From the sequence record MW824415.1: DNA of 32,000 nt. One strand, written 5' to 3'. The stretch comes from Vibrio phage 234P1. The translations under genes were made by a program, and so were the position numbers. The notes beneath the pieces were generated by a model. It searched no databases and was not told the DNA's origin. It saw only the letters and a program-made list of their open reading frames with translations. Positions 1 through 7,655 of this stretch are shown piece after piece (position 1 is the stretch's first letter; each line of letters starts with the position of its first letter).

Positions 1-15
1 AACGCTCACTTTACG

Positions 16-204
16 ATGTATGATGATCATCAGGGCGTACTGGCTGCGGCTCGGGGCGCAGGATTCACAGCCGTTGATGCTGTGGTACTGAATGAAGCGC
101 TAACGTTTGCGACTGAATCGGTGATAGATGATATTTTCTCGGAGATGATGGAAGATAACGAGGAATATATCGACGTTCTATCACGATGCATGCTAGGAGC
201 GTAA
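16..204 (+). CDS. small hypothetical protein (62 aa)
   Basis: ATG ORF followed by a leader and another small ORF in the same direction; no recognised motif. Confidence 0.55.
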   Translation: MYDDHQGVLAAARGAGFTAVDAVVLNEALTFATESVIDDIFSEMMEDNEEYIDVLSRCMLGA

Positions 205-230
205 CACAAGCCCCACAAACCACACAAACA

Positions 231-253
231 AGCGGATAGATAATCTATCCGCT
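231..253 (+). other. perfect 10-bp stem, 3-nt loop hairpin (AGCGGATAGA-TAA-TCTATCCGCT)
   Basis: Exact inverted repeat between two small ORFs; not followed by a T-run, so not a standard intrinsic terminator. Confidence 0.6.
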
Positions 254-299
254 AAGTTAACCCTATAGGCTCACAGTGAGCCACACAGGAGCACATACT

Positions 300-473
300 A
301 TGCCTAAAGTAATAGATATTCGAGACACCGATACAACCACGGTGCAAGAAATTATTGTAACCGATGAGTTACGCTTGATAGGATTCCATCAGCGACACTA
401 TAACTGCTTTGAACTATCGTACGATGACGGCTACAGGAGATTAGCTTATGCTTTGAAGAGATTGACGATCTAA
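300..473 (+). CDS. small hypothetical protein
   Basis: ATG at 300 preceded by CACAGGAG; in frame with the track ORF that starts at a GTG at 276. Confidence 0.6.
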   Translation: MPKVIDIRDTDTTTVQEIIVTDELRLIGFHQRHYNCFELSYDDGYRRLAYALKRLTI

Positions 474-519
474 TCAAAGCGCTTCAAATGGTTAAGCATA
501 TACGCGGAGATATGGAATC

Positions 520-801
520 ATGAGCATAACCATTCGCGACAACCAACCACAAGAAAAACGCATGTCACTGCTAACCTATCTTGAGCATGACCATAGTGAT
601 CATTGTCTGATTGAATGCGTGGCGTATCTTGTCACGCAAATGGCTGACAATACATTTTGCGCGATAGCTTTACATGATGAGATAGTATTCACTATATACG
701 AAACCGCTAATCACATGATGATGGATTTAGAATTAAACGATAACACGGAAGTCGTTATACTAGATGCAATAGATATAACGTACCATAAGAAAATGATATA
801 G
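520..801 (+). CDS. hypothetical protein (93 aa)
   Basis: ATG ORF with GGAGA upstream; no recognised domain. Confidence 0.6.
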   Translation: MSITIRDNQPQEKRMSLLTYLEHDHSDHCLIECVAYLVTQMADNTFCAIALHDEIVFTIYETANHMMMDLELNDNTEVVILDAIDITYHKKMI

Positions 802-924
802 CATACTGTATAAGATAGGGTAGGTTTGGAATAGCGTACCTTATCTTTATCATATAGCATACTGTATAAGATTCTAGCTTATGAGAATAGCGTATTGTAT
901 AGTTAAGATATAGCATACTGTATA
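797..924. repeat. imperfect tandem repeat, 56-bp period
   Basis: TATAGCATACTGTATA occurs exactly at 797-812, 853-868 and 909-924 (spacing 56 and 56). A second shared block, GAATAGCGTA, also recurs 56 bp apart near 829 and 885. Confidence 0.85.
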
Positions 925-956
925 GGGGGCGGTTATCAGACATGCCATACGGTATC

Positions 957-974
957 GGGGCTACACGCCCCTTT
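957..974 (+). terminator. possible weak terminator GGGGC-TACAC-GCCCC-TTT
   Basis: 5-bp GC stem followed by TTT after the small-ORF group. Confidence 0.35.
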
Positions 975-1004
975 CCATGTAACTACTACAAGATTTTCAT
1001 GTCA

Positions 1005-1092
1005 AAAGGCATTTAGGAGCGAAGTATCAAGAGGATAAGCAGCTGCGCTGCTAAAAACTCCTGCACATTGAAAGGCATTTAGGAGCGAAGTA
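1005..1092. repeat. two exact copies of AAAGGCATTTAGGAGCGAAGTA (1005-1026 and 1071-1092)
   Basis: 22-nt identity in noncoding DNA, 66 bp apart, with a small AGCAGC-TGC-GCTGCT hairpin (1038-1052) between them. Confidence 0.8.
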
Positions 1093-1204
1093 CTGCACAG
1101 GGCTCACACAACACACGAGTTCACACAAGGCACACGAAACGCACAGAATATCAGACTACCGCGCAGTGGAACACGCGATTCACGAATCCCAAAAAATTTT
1201 ATTA

Positions 1205-1242
1205 TAAAAAAAGCCCCCGAGTCAATTAAGACACGAGGGCTC
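1205..1242 (-). terminator. terminator of the leftward 606-aa gene
   Basis: On the minus strand an AGCCCTCG...C(T)CGGGGGCT stem is followed by TTTTTTT, just downstream of the stop codon at 1248-1250. Confidence 0.7.
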
Positions 1243-1247
1243 GAAGG

Positions 1248-3068
1248 CTAACCGGACGTCAACCGCATTATATTAATGGATGCACGAGGCATACGATATT
1301 GCATGTAGTTCCCAACAGTCGACACGTTTCTAGCATGTGACCAGAGTTGGAGAGTGGTTCCAGTGTATCGAAGGGTTAATGATACTCCGACGGCTGCTTG
1401 CTGGTTAGGCGTAGTGTAGAAGTCCCTTCCAATAAAGCGCATAGAACCAATATGTACGTAACCATTCTGTGGAATAGCTGCTAGTTGAGGCCCTAAGTCG
1501 GGATCAGTAGTCCTAGCGTCAGTTGGTGGGTACATATTCAAAGTACCACCTGTCCTATCCCAGTAAGCCCTAACATAATTATCGGTCGTATTAATACCAT
1601 CCATACCAAATAGTAAATGAAGATGCGAACCCAAGCCACTTCCTAGATTAATAGAATCCTCTAGTGTAGATACCACACCACCTGGGTAGATATTACGGTT
1701 AGTAGTATCTAGCTGCAACTTACGCTGTTCGCCGATGCATGCGATAGGTTGGTTTGATGACGTATATAGATCGATAGAATTGTTAATACGAAAAGATGTA
1801 TTAGTAAATTCTATTTCATTAACAGACGGAATAGATACTAGCTCAAACAACGTACCATTGTAACTAGGTAGTAAGGATACCGCATTGTTCATGGTGGATG
1901 TAGGGGTTATGGTTCTAGTGGTAGCAGTAAGTACTATTCCAGTGAAGTTACCATAAGTATGGGTTTTATATTTACCACCTACGTATACCGCATAAGGCTT
2001 TCTATGTCCAGGAACATCAGCTGATCCAGTATATAGAACCTCCGTGTACGTAGGTAACATACCGTGAGGCCATCCCCCGACGGATTGGGAGTAGTTGTAA
2101 GTATTACCTGGTAGTAGCGTACCTCCTGAAGTAGTTGCACCTACAGTAGTATTATTCCCGTAAAAGCCTCTGAACTTAATGTACTTAAGATTAGAGAGAT
2201 GATCTACTCCATTGGTAAGTAACTTAGAATTATCAATGTAGAGTTCGCCGGGGAGTGTTGCACTTAATGTTACAGGGTAGTATCCTGAACTATTAGCCTT
2301 AACATCTAGTCGGTAGTACACAATAGACGTAGCGAATGGGGTTACATTAGCGTTGGCAGTAGTACCAGATACCACGTCATTAAGTTTAACGTTAGGCCCA
2401 TTGAGTCCTCTACCACAACGTAATAGTAAAACACCTGCGGAGTCTCTATGTAGGTATGGTGGATGATTGGTACTAGAGTTAACAGTACTAGAGGTTTGTC
2501 TAGAGAACCACCCGCCTGCGCCTGGACTGTACCAGTTTGCCGAGGAGTTCTGAGAGAACCACGCATCTATTGAACCATTCTGTGACCAGAAGTATTTAAT
2601 AGAGTTAGAAATTGGAAATCCGAAGCGTAGTCCACTAGCTGTAGATCCGCCCCACTCTTGGCTATGCCCGTACTGATGGAAGAACCAGTTACCACCACCC
2701 TGAGATGCGGTAACTCTACTACCATCTACGTGCGCGCAGAACTTATCAGACTGTATCTGTATTTTAGAACCATCGGACATCGTAGCGAACCCTAGGAACA
2801 CATACCCATTCCTAAGGTCGGTTTTCATGGCTGACGGGAAAGCCCAGTACTCACTAGTGGTACTGAAGTTGTCAGAGTAGTTTGGTGGGCGTGATTCCCG
2901 ATAGGTAAGACCCAAATTATAGGTCTTACTTACTCTAATAAACGGTATATCGGAATGGAATAAGGTCTTCTCATTCACCCCCGCTTTTAATGAGGTCTCT
3001 GACTGCTCATCTTTTGTTGCGTGGAAAATACCATTCCCACTATTATCTCTTCCTATGTATAAACTCAT
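1248..3068 (-). CDS. phage fibre/spike-like structural protein (606 aa)
   Basis: Long ORF with AGGAGA RBS; Ser/Thr/Asn/Gly/Tyr-rich, beta-type composition; the N-terminus (MSLYIGRDNSGNGIFHATKDEQS...TLFHSDIPFI) resembles phage tail-fibre N-termini. Assignment by sequence character only. Confidence 0.5.
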   Translation of the reverse strand: MSLYIGRDNSGNGIFHATKDEQSETSLKAGVNEKTLFHSDIPFIRVSKTYNLGLTYRESRPPNYSDNFSTTSEYWAFPSAMKTDLRNGYVFLGFATMSDGSKIQIQSDKFCAHVDGSRVTASQGGGNWFFHQYGHSQEWGGSTASGLRFGFPISNSIKYFWSQNGSIDAWFSQNSSANWYSPGAGGWFSRQTSSTVNSSTNHPPYLHRDSAGVLLLRCGRGLNGPNVKLNDVVSGTTANANVTPFATSIVYYRLDVKANSSGYYPVTLSATLPGELYIDNSKLLTNGVDHLSNLKYIKFRGFYGNNTTVGATTSGGTLLPGNTYNYSQSVGGWPHGMLPTYTEVLYTGSADVPGHRKPYAVYVGGKYKTHTYGNFTGIVLTATTRTITPTSTMNNAVSLLPSYNGTLFELVSIPSVNEIEFTNTSFRINNSIDLYTSSNQPIACIGEQRKLQLDTTNRNIYPGGVVSTLEDSINLGSGLGSHLHLLFGMDGINTTDNYVRAYWDRTGGTLNMYPPTDARTTDPDLGPQLAAIPQNGYVHIGSMRFIGRDFYTTPNQQAAVGVSLTLRYTGTTLQLWSHARNVSTVGNYMQYRMPRASINIMRLTSG

Positions 3069-3098
3069 TAGGTCTCCTATTTAAAATATATACTGACT

Positions 3099-3127
3099 AT
3101 TATATTACATCATTAGCGACTTGACAA
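3099..3127 (-). promoter_or_regulatory. sigma70-like promoter for the leftward 606-aa gene
   Basis: Minus strand reads TTGTCA-N17-TATAAT (-35 at 3127-3122, -10 at 3104-3099). Confidence 0.75.
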
Positions 3128-3146
3128 GTAATATTTTTAAAAATTA

Positions 3147-3175
3147 TTGACATGCACGGGATTTAGGGTTATAAT
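3147..3175 (+). promoter_or_regulatory. consensus sigma70 promoter for the terminase/late module
   Basis: TTGACA (3147-3152) - 17 nt - TATAAT (3170-3175). Confidence 0.85.
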
Positions 3176-3202
3176 CACAATATATACAAACAACACACCA
3201 CA

Positions 3203-3218
3203 CGACCGATAGCGGTCG
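3203..3218 (+). promoter_or_regulatory. 5' UTR hairpin CGACCG-ATAG-CGGTCG just upstream of the small-terminase RBS
   Basis: 6-bp perfect stem followed by TAAGGAG and ATG at 3234; preceded by a CA-rich leader. Confidence 0.5.
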
Positions 3219-3233
3219 GATAAGGAGCATACA

Positions 3234-3701
3234 ATGGACGAGATTGTCCCAACTACAGGCAGCCCCGAGGGTCTTATACTCGCAGAAGCCTACCTAACCC
3301 ACGGCACGGCTGCGGGCGTTAGTACAGAACTTGGCATACCTGTGGAGGTCGTTGCTAAGGAATTACAAAAGCCGGAAATTCGAGGATATATTAATACAGT
3401 ATTCTTGGAATCGGGTTTTCGAAACAGAAACAAATTCTTCGGACTTCTAGATATGATGATTAATGAAAAACTCAAGGAAGCGGAGGAAACAGGTATCATC
3501 ACAGATGAAGACTTGCTCTACGTTCTAGAGAAGGTTCATAAAATGAAGATGGAAGAAATGAAGATGGAAATTAAGATGATGGAAGTTCAAGCTAAGATCA
3601 ATGGAGCTAAGGCACCAGTACAGCAAACTAACATCCAGAATAATTTCGGTGGCTCGGATGGGATGAACTCACTCATGGAGCAGTTAGTAGGAAATAAATA
3701 A
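3234..3701 (+). CDS. terminase small subunit (155 aa)
   Basis: Directly upstream of and overlapping the large terminase; size, helical composition and C-terminal coil fit; RBS AAGGAG. Confidence 0.75.
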   Translation: MDEIVPTTGSPEGLILAEAYLTHGTAAGVSTELGIPVEVVAKELQKPEIRGYINTVFLESGFRNRNKFFGLLDMMINEKLKEAEETGIITDEDLLYVLEKVHKMKMEEMKMEIKMMEVQAKINGAKAPVQQTNIQNNFGGSDGMNSLMEQLVGNK

Positions 3702-5008
3702 TGTTAGTATCTAGAGATATAAATTGCGAGGAGTTAGTAGACTTCGGACTCGAAGACCGATTCCTCAAGATGCCCATCGACCGATATCTAGACGTTAGTG
3801 GTGTAGAGCCCATCGCCCCTCAAATCGGGATGGTCAATGCAATTAACGATCCAAAATATCGATTCGTCACTGCGGTACTTAGTCGCCGAACCGGAAAAAC
3901 TTTCATGGGGAATATTATCGCGTTCATGAAATTACTGGAGCCAGGAAGTCAAGTCCTTATTATAGCTCCTAACTATTCATTAGCGAATATTTCATGGCTC
4001 GAACAATTAAAGATGGTGAAATCTCACAATCTGAAAATGGAAAGATGTAATGCCAAGGATAAAGAGCTTGTGCTAGAAAATGGTTCTTTATTAAAGCTAG
4101 CGTCAGTTGGTAATGCGGATTCTGCGGTTGGTCGTTCTTACGATCTAGTACTGTTCGACGAAGCTGCGATTGATGATAGAGGTGGTGATGCATTCAACGT
4201 TGTATTGATGCCTACACTAGATAAACCAAACTCTAAGGCTATCTTCATCTCAACACCACGTGGTTCTAACTGGATGAAAGAATTCTATGACCATGGTTTT
4301 GATGACGCTATGTCTAACTGGGTATCCCTATTCGGTACATATAAAGACAACCCACGTGTAAGTGAGGATGTTATTGACTCTGCTCGACGTACTATGTCCA
4401 AGGCTCAGTTCGCCCAAGAATTTGAGTGCTCATTCGTTACTCGTGAGGGTGTTATTTACGAGGACTTTGATTTTGATAAGCATATTTTCGTCATGGAAGA
4501 CACAGAGATTGATTTCGAGGATCCTAATCATTTTGAGTCTATTATGGGTATTGACCCGGGGTATAAAGATCCTACTGCTGTATGTGTTATTAAGTATAAT
4601 TTCGAAGAAGATGTATTCTACATTATCGACGAGTATCAGCGCGCGATGGCATCAACTGCAATACATGCTGAACGAATTGTGGATCTTACTGATAAGCATG
4701 AAATAGATATGTGCTTCATAGATTCCGCGGCAGCTCAGTTTGCGGCAGACCTTGTTTATGAATATGATATATCATCAAATCCCGCTAAGAAATCCGTTCT
4801 AGATGGATTGTCATACGTACAGATGCTAGTACAAACAGATAGAATAAGAGTCGCTAGCCACTGTGATCACGTAAAAGAGATGTTTATTAACTATCGTTGG
4901 AAAATGGACGGGAATGCTCAGGCTGTCAAAGAACGCCCAGTACATGACCAGTATTCACACATGGCGGATGCTATTCGCTATGCTTTATATAGTTTCGATA
5001 GAGCTTGA
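3701..5008 (+). CDS. terminase large subunit
   Basis: Walker A-like SRRTGKT, Walker B-like LVLFDEAAI, nuclease motifs GIDPGYKDPTA and CFIDSAAAQFA. Confidence 0.93.
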   Translation: MLVSRDINCEELVDFGLEDRFLKMPIDRYLDVSGVEPIAPQIGMVNAINDPKYRFVTAVLSRRTGKTFMGNIIAFMKLLEPGSQVLIIAPNYSLANISWLEQLKMVKSHNLKMERCNAKDKELVLENGSLLKLASVGNADSAVGRSYDLVLFDEAAIDDRGGDAFNVVLMPTLDKPNSKAIFISTPRGSNWMKEFYDHGFDDAMSNWVSLFGTYKDNPRVSEDVIDSARRTMSKAQFAQEFECSFVTREGVIYEDFDFDKHIFVMEDTEIDFEDPNHFESIMGIDPGYKDPTAVCVIKYNFEEDVFYIIDEYQRAMASTAIHAERIVDLTDKHEIDMCFIDSAAAQFAADLVYEYDISSNPAKKSVLDGLSYVQMLVQTDRIRVASHCDHVKEMFINYRWKMDGNAQAVKERPVHDQYSHMADAIRYALYSFDRA

Positions 5009-5090
5009 TTAAATAGGTTCGTATATGGGTAGATAAAATCTCCACTTTACAAGTGGTAATTCTACGGATATACTATATCTATATTTTGAA

Positions 5091-5573
5091 ATGGAGAACA
5101 ATTTTATGGCTGCAAATACGAATAACAAGAAGCGAACACCTATCAGGTACATTCGTGATGGTATTAAGCAGCAATACAAAAAAGAGGGTTGCTGTAAGAT
5201 ATGTGGAGTCAGTGAAGAACTGGAATTTCACCACTACCATACTATAGCGTATCTACTAGAAAAGTATATCAAAGTCAATGGGCTCAAGCTCGACACTGAG
5301 GAAGCGATACTCGCTATGCGGGACAAGTTTTACGACGAATATTGGTATGAACTAGTTGATGATGCTGTTACTTTATGCAACGCTCACCATGTTAAACTCC
5401 ATAAGATTTATGGACAAAAGCCCCTGCTGTCTACTACTGAAAAGCAGAAACAGTGGGTTCTCAAACAGAAAGCTAGGGCAGAGGGTCACGAGACTGAAGA
5501 CGTAGTAATACGACAGGGTCTAAGTCAATTCATTGACTACAAACCATCTTCTCTACTAGACTTTATGGTGTAG
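5091..5573 (+). CDS. HNH-family endonuclease (start may be ATG 5106)
   Basis: CKICG...EFHHYH...TLCNAHHVKLH arrangement typical of HNH/zinc nucleases. Confidence 0.8.
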   Translation: MENNFMAANTNNKKRTPIRYIRDGIKQQYKKEGCCKICGVSEELEFHHYHTIAYLLEKYIKVNGLKLDTEEAILAMRDKFYDEYWYELVDDAVTLCNAHHVKLHKIYGQKPLLSTTEKQKQWVLKQKARAEGHETEDVVIRQGLSQFIDYKPSSLLDFMV

Positions 5574-5576
5574 ATA

Positions 5577-6797
5577 ATGGGAACGATTAGAAACTGGTTA
5601 GTAGAAAAACTTAACCCAGCTCAAGTTAACATTGCCGAACGAGAATCCAGCGCCAATAGAAGTAATAGACTACCGATGTCTACAAAACGAGCATATGAAG
5701 AAATGGCTATCTTTAATAGAGGTGTCAATATGCTAATAGACTCCGCCGCTGAGGTTGACTTCGATATCAACGATAGCCGTGGATTTACATCTTATGGTTC
5801 AGGAATCAAGGGTAAGACATTAAAGAAACTGCTTAATCAACGTCCTAATATGTTTATGGATTCTAGCACATTCTGGAGACTAGTCTATGCAGACTTAATC
5901 CTAGAAGGCTGGGCATTCATCCACTACGATGAGAAAGAGCAATCTCTCTACCATGTACCTGCGGCAACAATGGAAGTATTCGCTGACAAGAAATACTACA
6001 TTAACAAATTCGTATCGGACGGTCGCGTTACATTCGCACCGAACGAAATTATATTTATTAAAGATAACTCTTTCCACATTGGTGGAACATCACAGATAAG
6101 TGGTTACTCTCGTATCATGGCAGCACTAAAGCCAGTGTTACGTAAAGAGAAACTAGAACACTTTAAAGAGAAGTTCTTTGATAACGGTACTATAATCGGA
6201 ATGACTATAGAGACCGACCAAAACCTAAGTGCCCGCGCTAAAGAGCGTAAGCGTGAAGAAATTAGGCTAGATCACAACCCTCGTAACGGTAAGTCCAACG
6301 TACTTATCCTAGATGGTGGTGCAAAAGCTAAGTCTATGCAAAGCACTTCACTGAACGACTTAGGTATCGACGAAGACATGAAACGCTTTGAGAAAGAGAT
6401 ATTCACTTCGATGGGTATTCCTTCGGTGCTGATTGAAGGCGGTAACAACGCTAACATTCGCCCTAATCTCGAACTGTTCTACTATATGACTGTTCTGCCT
6501 TTGGCGGAAAAGGTCGAGAAAGCAATGGAGTTCTTCTTTGCTTTTGATATCAAGCTAGACGTCACTGACATCTTAGCACTTAGTCCTGATAAGGATGCAC
6601 AATCCAAAGCATTAAGCTCCAAGGTAAACAATGGTATTATCACAGGAGACGAGGCACGTGAAGAGTTACGACTGCAACCTATGGGTACGCCAGAAATGAC
6701 AGAAATACGTATTCCTCAGAATGTTGCAGGATCTAACACAGGAGTTGCCGGTCAAGAGGGCGGCGCACCTGATAAGGAAAATACAGATGAAGATTGA
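5577..6797 (+). CDS. portal protein
   Basis: Position after the terminase; FNRGVNMLIDSAAEVDF, GTSQISGYSRI and EKEIFTSMGIPSVLIEGG read as an HK97/SPP1-type portal. Confidence 0.88.
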   Translation: MGTIRNWLVEKLNPAQVNIAERESSANRSNRLPMSTKRAYEEMAIFNRGVNMLIDSAAEVDFDINDSRGFTSYGSGIKGKTLKKLLNQRPNMFMDSSTFWRLVYADLILEGWAFIHYDEKEQSLYHVPAATMEVFADKKYYINKFVSDGRVTFAPNEIIFIKDNSFHIGGTSQISGYSRIMAALKPVLRKEKLEHFKEKFFDNGTIIGMTIETDQNLSARAKERKREEIRLDHNPRNGKSNVLILDGGAKAKSMQSTSLNDLGIDEDMKRFEKEIFTSMGIPSVLIEGGNNANIRPNLELFYYMTVLPLAEKVEKAMEFFFAFDIKLDVTDILALSPDKDAQSKALSSKVNNGIITGDEAREELRLQPMGTPEMTEIRIPQNVAGSNTGVAGQEGGAPDKENTDED

Positions 6798-7029
6798 TTT
6801 TGAATTACTTAAGTCTATCTTTGGCACAACACTTCCTAGCAAAGAGAAGTTTCTTGCTAACGGCGACCACGCTGTTACTATGAAGCACATTGCAATTCAC
6901 TGCGGTAAGCGTAAGGGCTATGAAGCCTGGGATCAGTTTGTCGAAGAGTATGCAGTAATGTTTAAAGCTCCTGCTAAGAAAGTAACGCCAGTTGTCGAGG
7001 ACACTGACGGTGACGAAGCAGACGATTAA
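6787..7029 (+). CDS. small hypothetical protein (MKIDFELLKSIFG...)
   Basis: ATG at 6787 overlaps the portal stop; the track ORF extends upstream inside the portal, but 6787 is the more likely start. Confidence 0.6.
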   Translation: MKIDFELLKSIFGTTLPSKEKFLANGDHAVTMKHIAIHCGKRKGYEAWDQFVEEYAVMFKAPAKKVTPVVEDTDGDEADD

Positions 7030-7642
7030 AGAATTTTGGTTGGATTCAGCCTTTAAAGTTAAAGAGATGCCAGAAGACAACGATAGTGGTGTACTTACTA
7101 TCGCAGGTTACGCTAATACTGTCTCACAAGACAGAGCTGGCGATGTTATCCCCGCTAACGTATGGGATAAGTCTGGTTCGCTTGATAACTACTTAAAAAA
7201 TCCAATCGTACTATTTCAACACGACCACGACGAACCAATTGGCAAAATGATTCGCCATGAAGTCGACGAGACGGGTTTGTTCGTTGAAATTGAGATATAC
7301 GACGTAGACTCTAGAGTCTATAAGTTAGTTAAGAATGATGTACTTAAGTCATTCTCAGTAGGTTTCCGTATGCTGGATTACGCATACGACACAGATAAAG
7401 ATGTGTTTATTATTAAAGAATTAGAACTGTTCGAAATTTCGGTAGTTTCAATTCCATGTAACCAAGACTCAACTTTCAGCCTACAGAAATCTATGAAAGG
7501 TTCTGACTTTGACAGCCTGCGTGCTGAAGCGATTGCGGCAGCTGATGCTAAGAAATCGTTAGAAGAAGATACCACACCACCTAAACAATTAACGTTCAAT
7601 AGTGAACTCGAAAAGCTTGCACATCTGCTAGCTAATCAATAA
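7010..7642 (+). CDS. HK97-type prohead protease
   Basis: GYANTVSQDRAGDVIPANVW, NPIVLFQHDHDEPIGK, LKSFSVGFRML, ELFEISVVSIPCNQ are diagnostic of prohead proteases. Start uncertain: TTG 6992 (track), GTG 7010 or a later ATG. Confidence 0.9.
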   Translation: MTKQTIKEFWLDSAFKVKEMPEDNDSGVLTIAGYANTVSQDRAGDVIPANVWDKSGSLDNYLKNPIVLFQHDHDEPIGKMIRHEVDETGLFVEIEIYDVDSRVYKLVKNDVLKSFSVGFRMLDYAYDTDKDVFIIKELELFEISVVSIPCNQDSTFSLQKSMKGSDFDSLRAEAIAAADAKKSLEEDTTPPKQLTFNSELEKLAHLLANQ

Positions 7643-7655
7643 GGAATTATACAAA

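Noticed and set aside
755-943. 62-aa minus-strand ORF crossing the 56-bp repeats
   Set aside because: Its sequence is explained by the repeats and the antisense of ORF 520-801; no RBS evidence
797-1092. Possible CRISPR array
   Set aside because: Only two to three short repeats, imperfect units with diverging internal sequence, and no cas genes in the window
4362-4706. 114-aa plus-strand ORF inside the large terminase
   Set aside because: Out-of-frame Leu/Ser-rich ORF within a well supported gene
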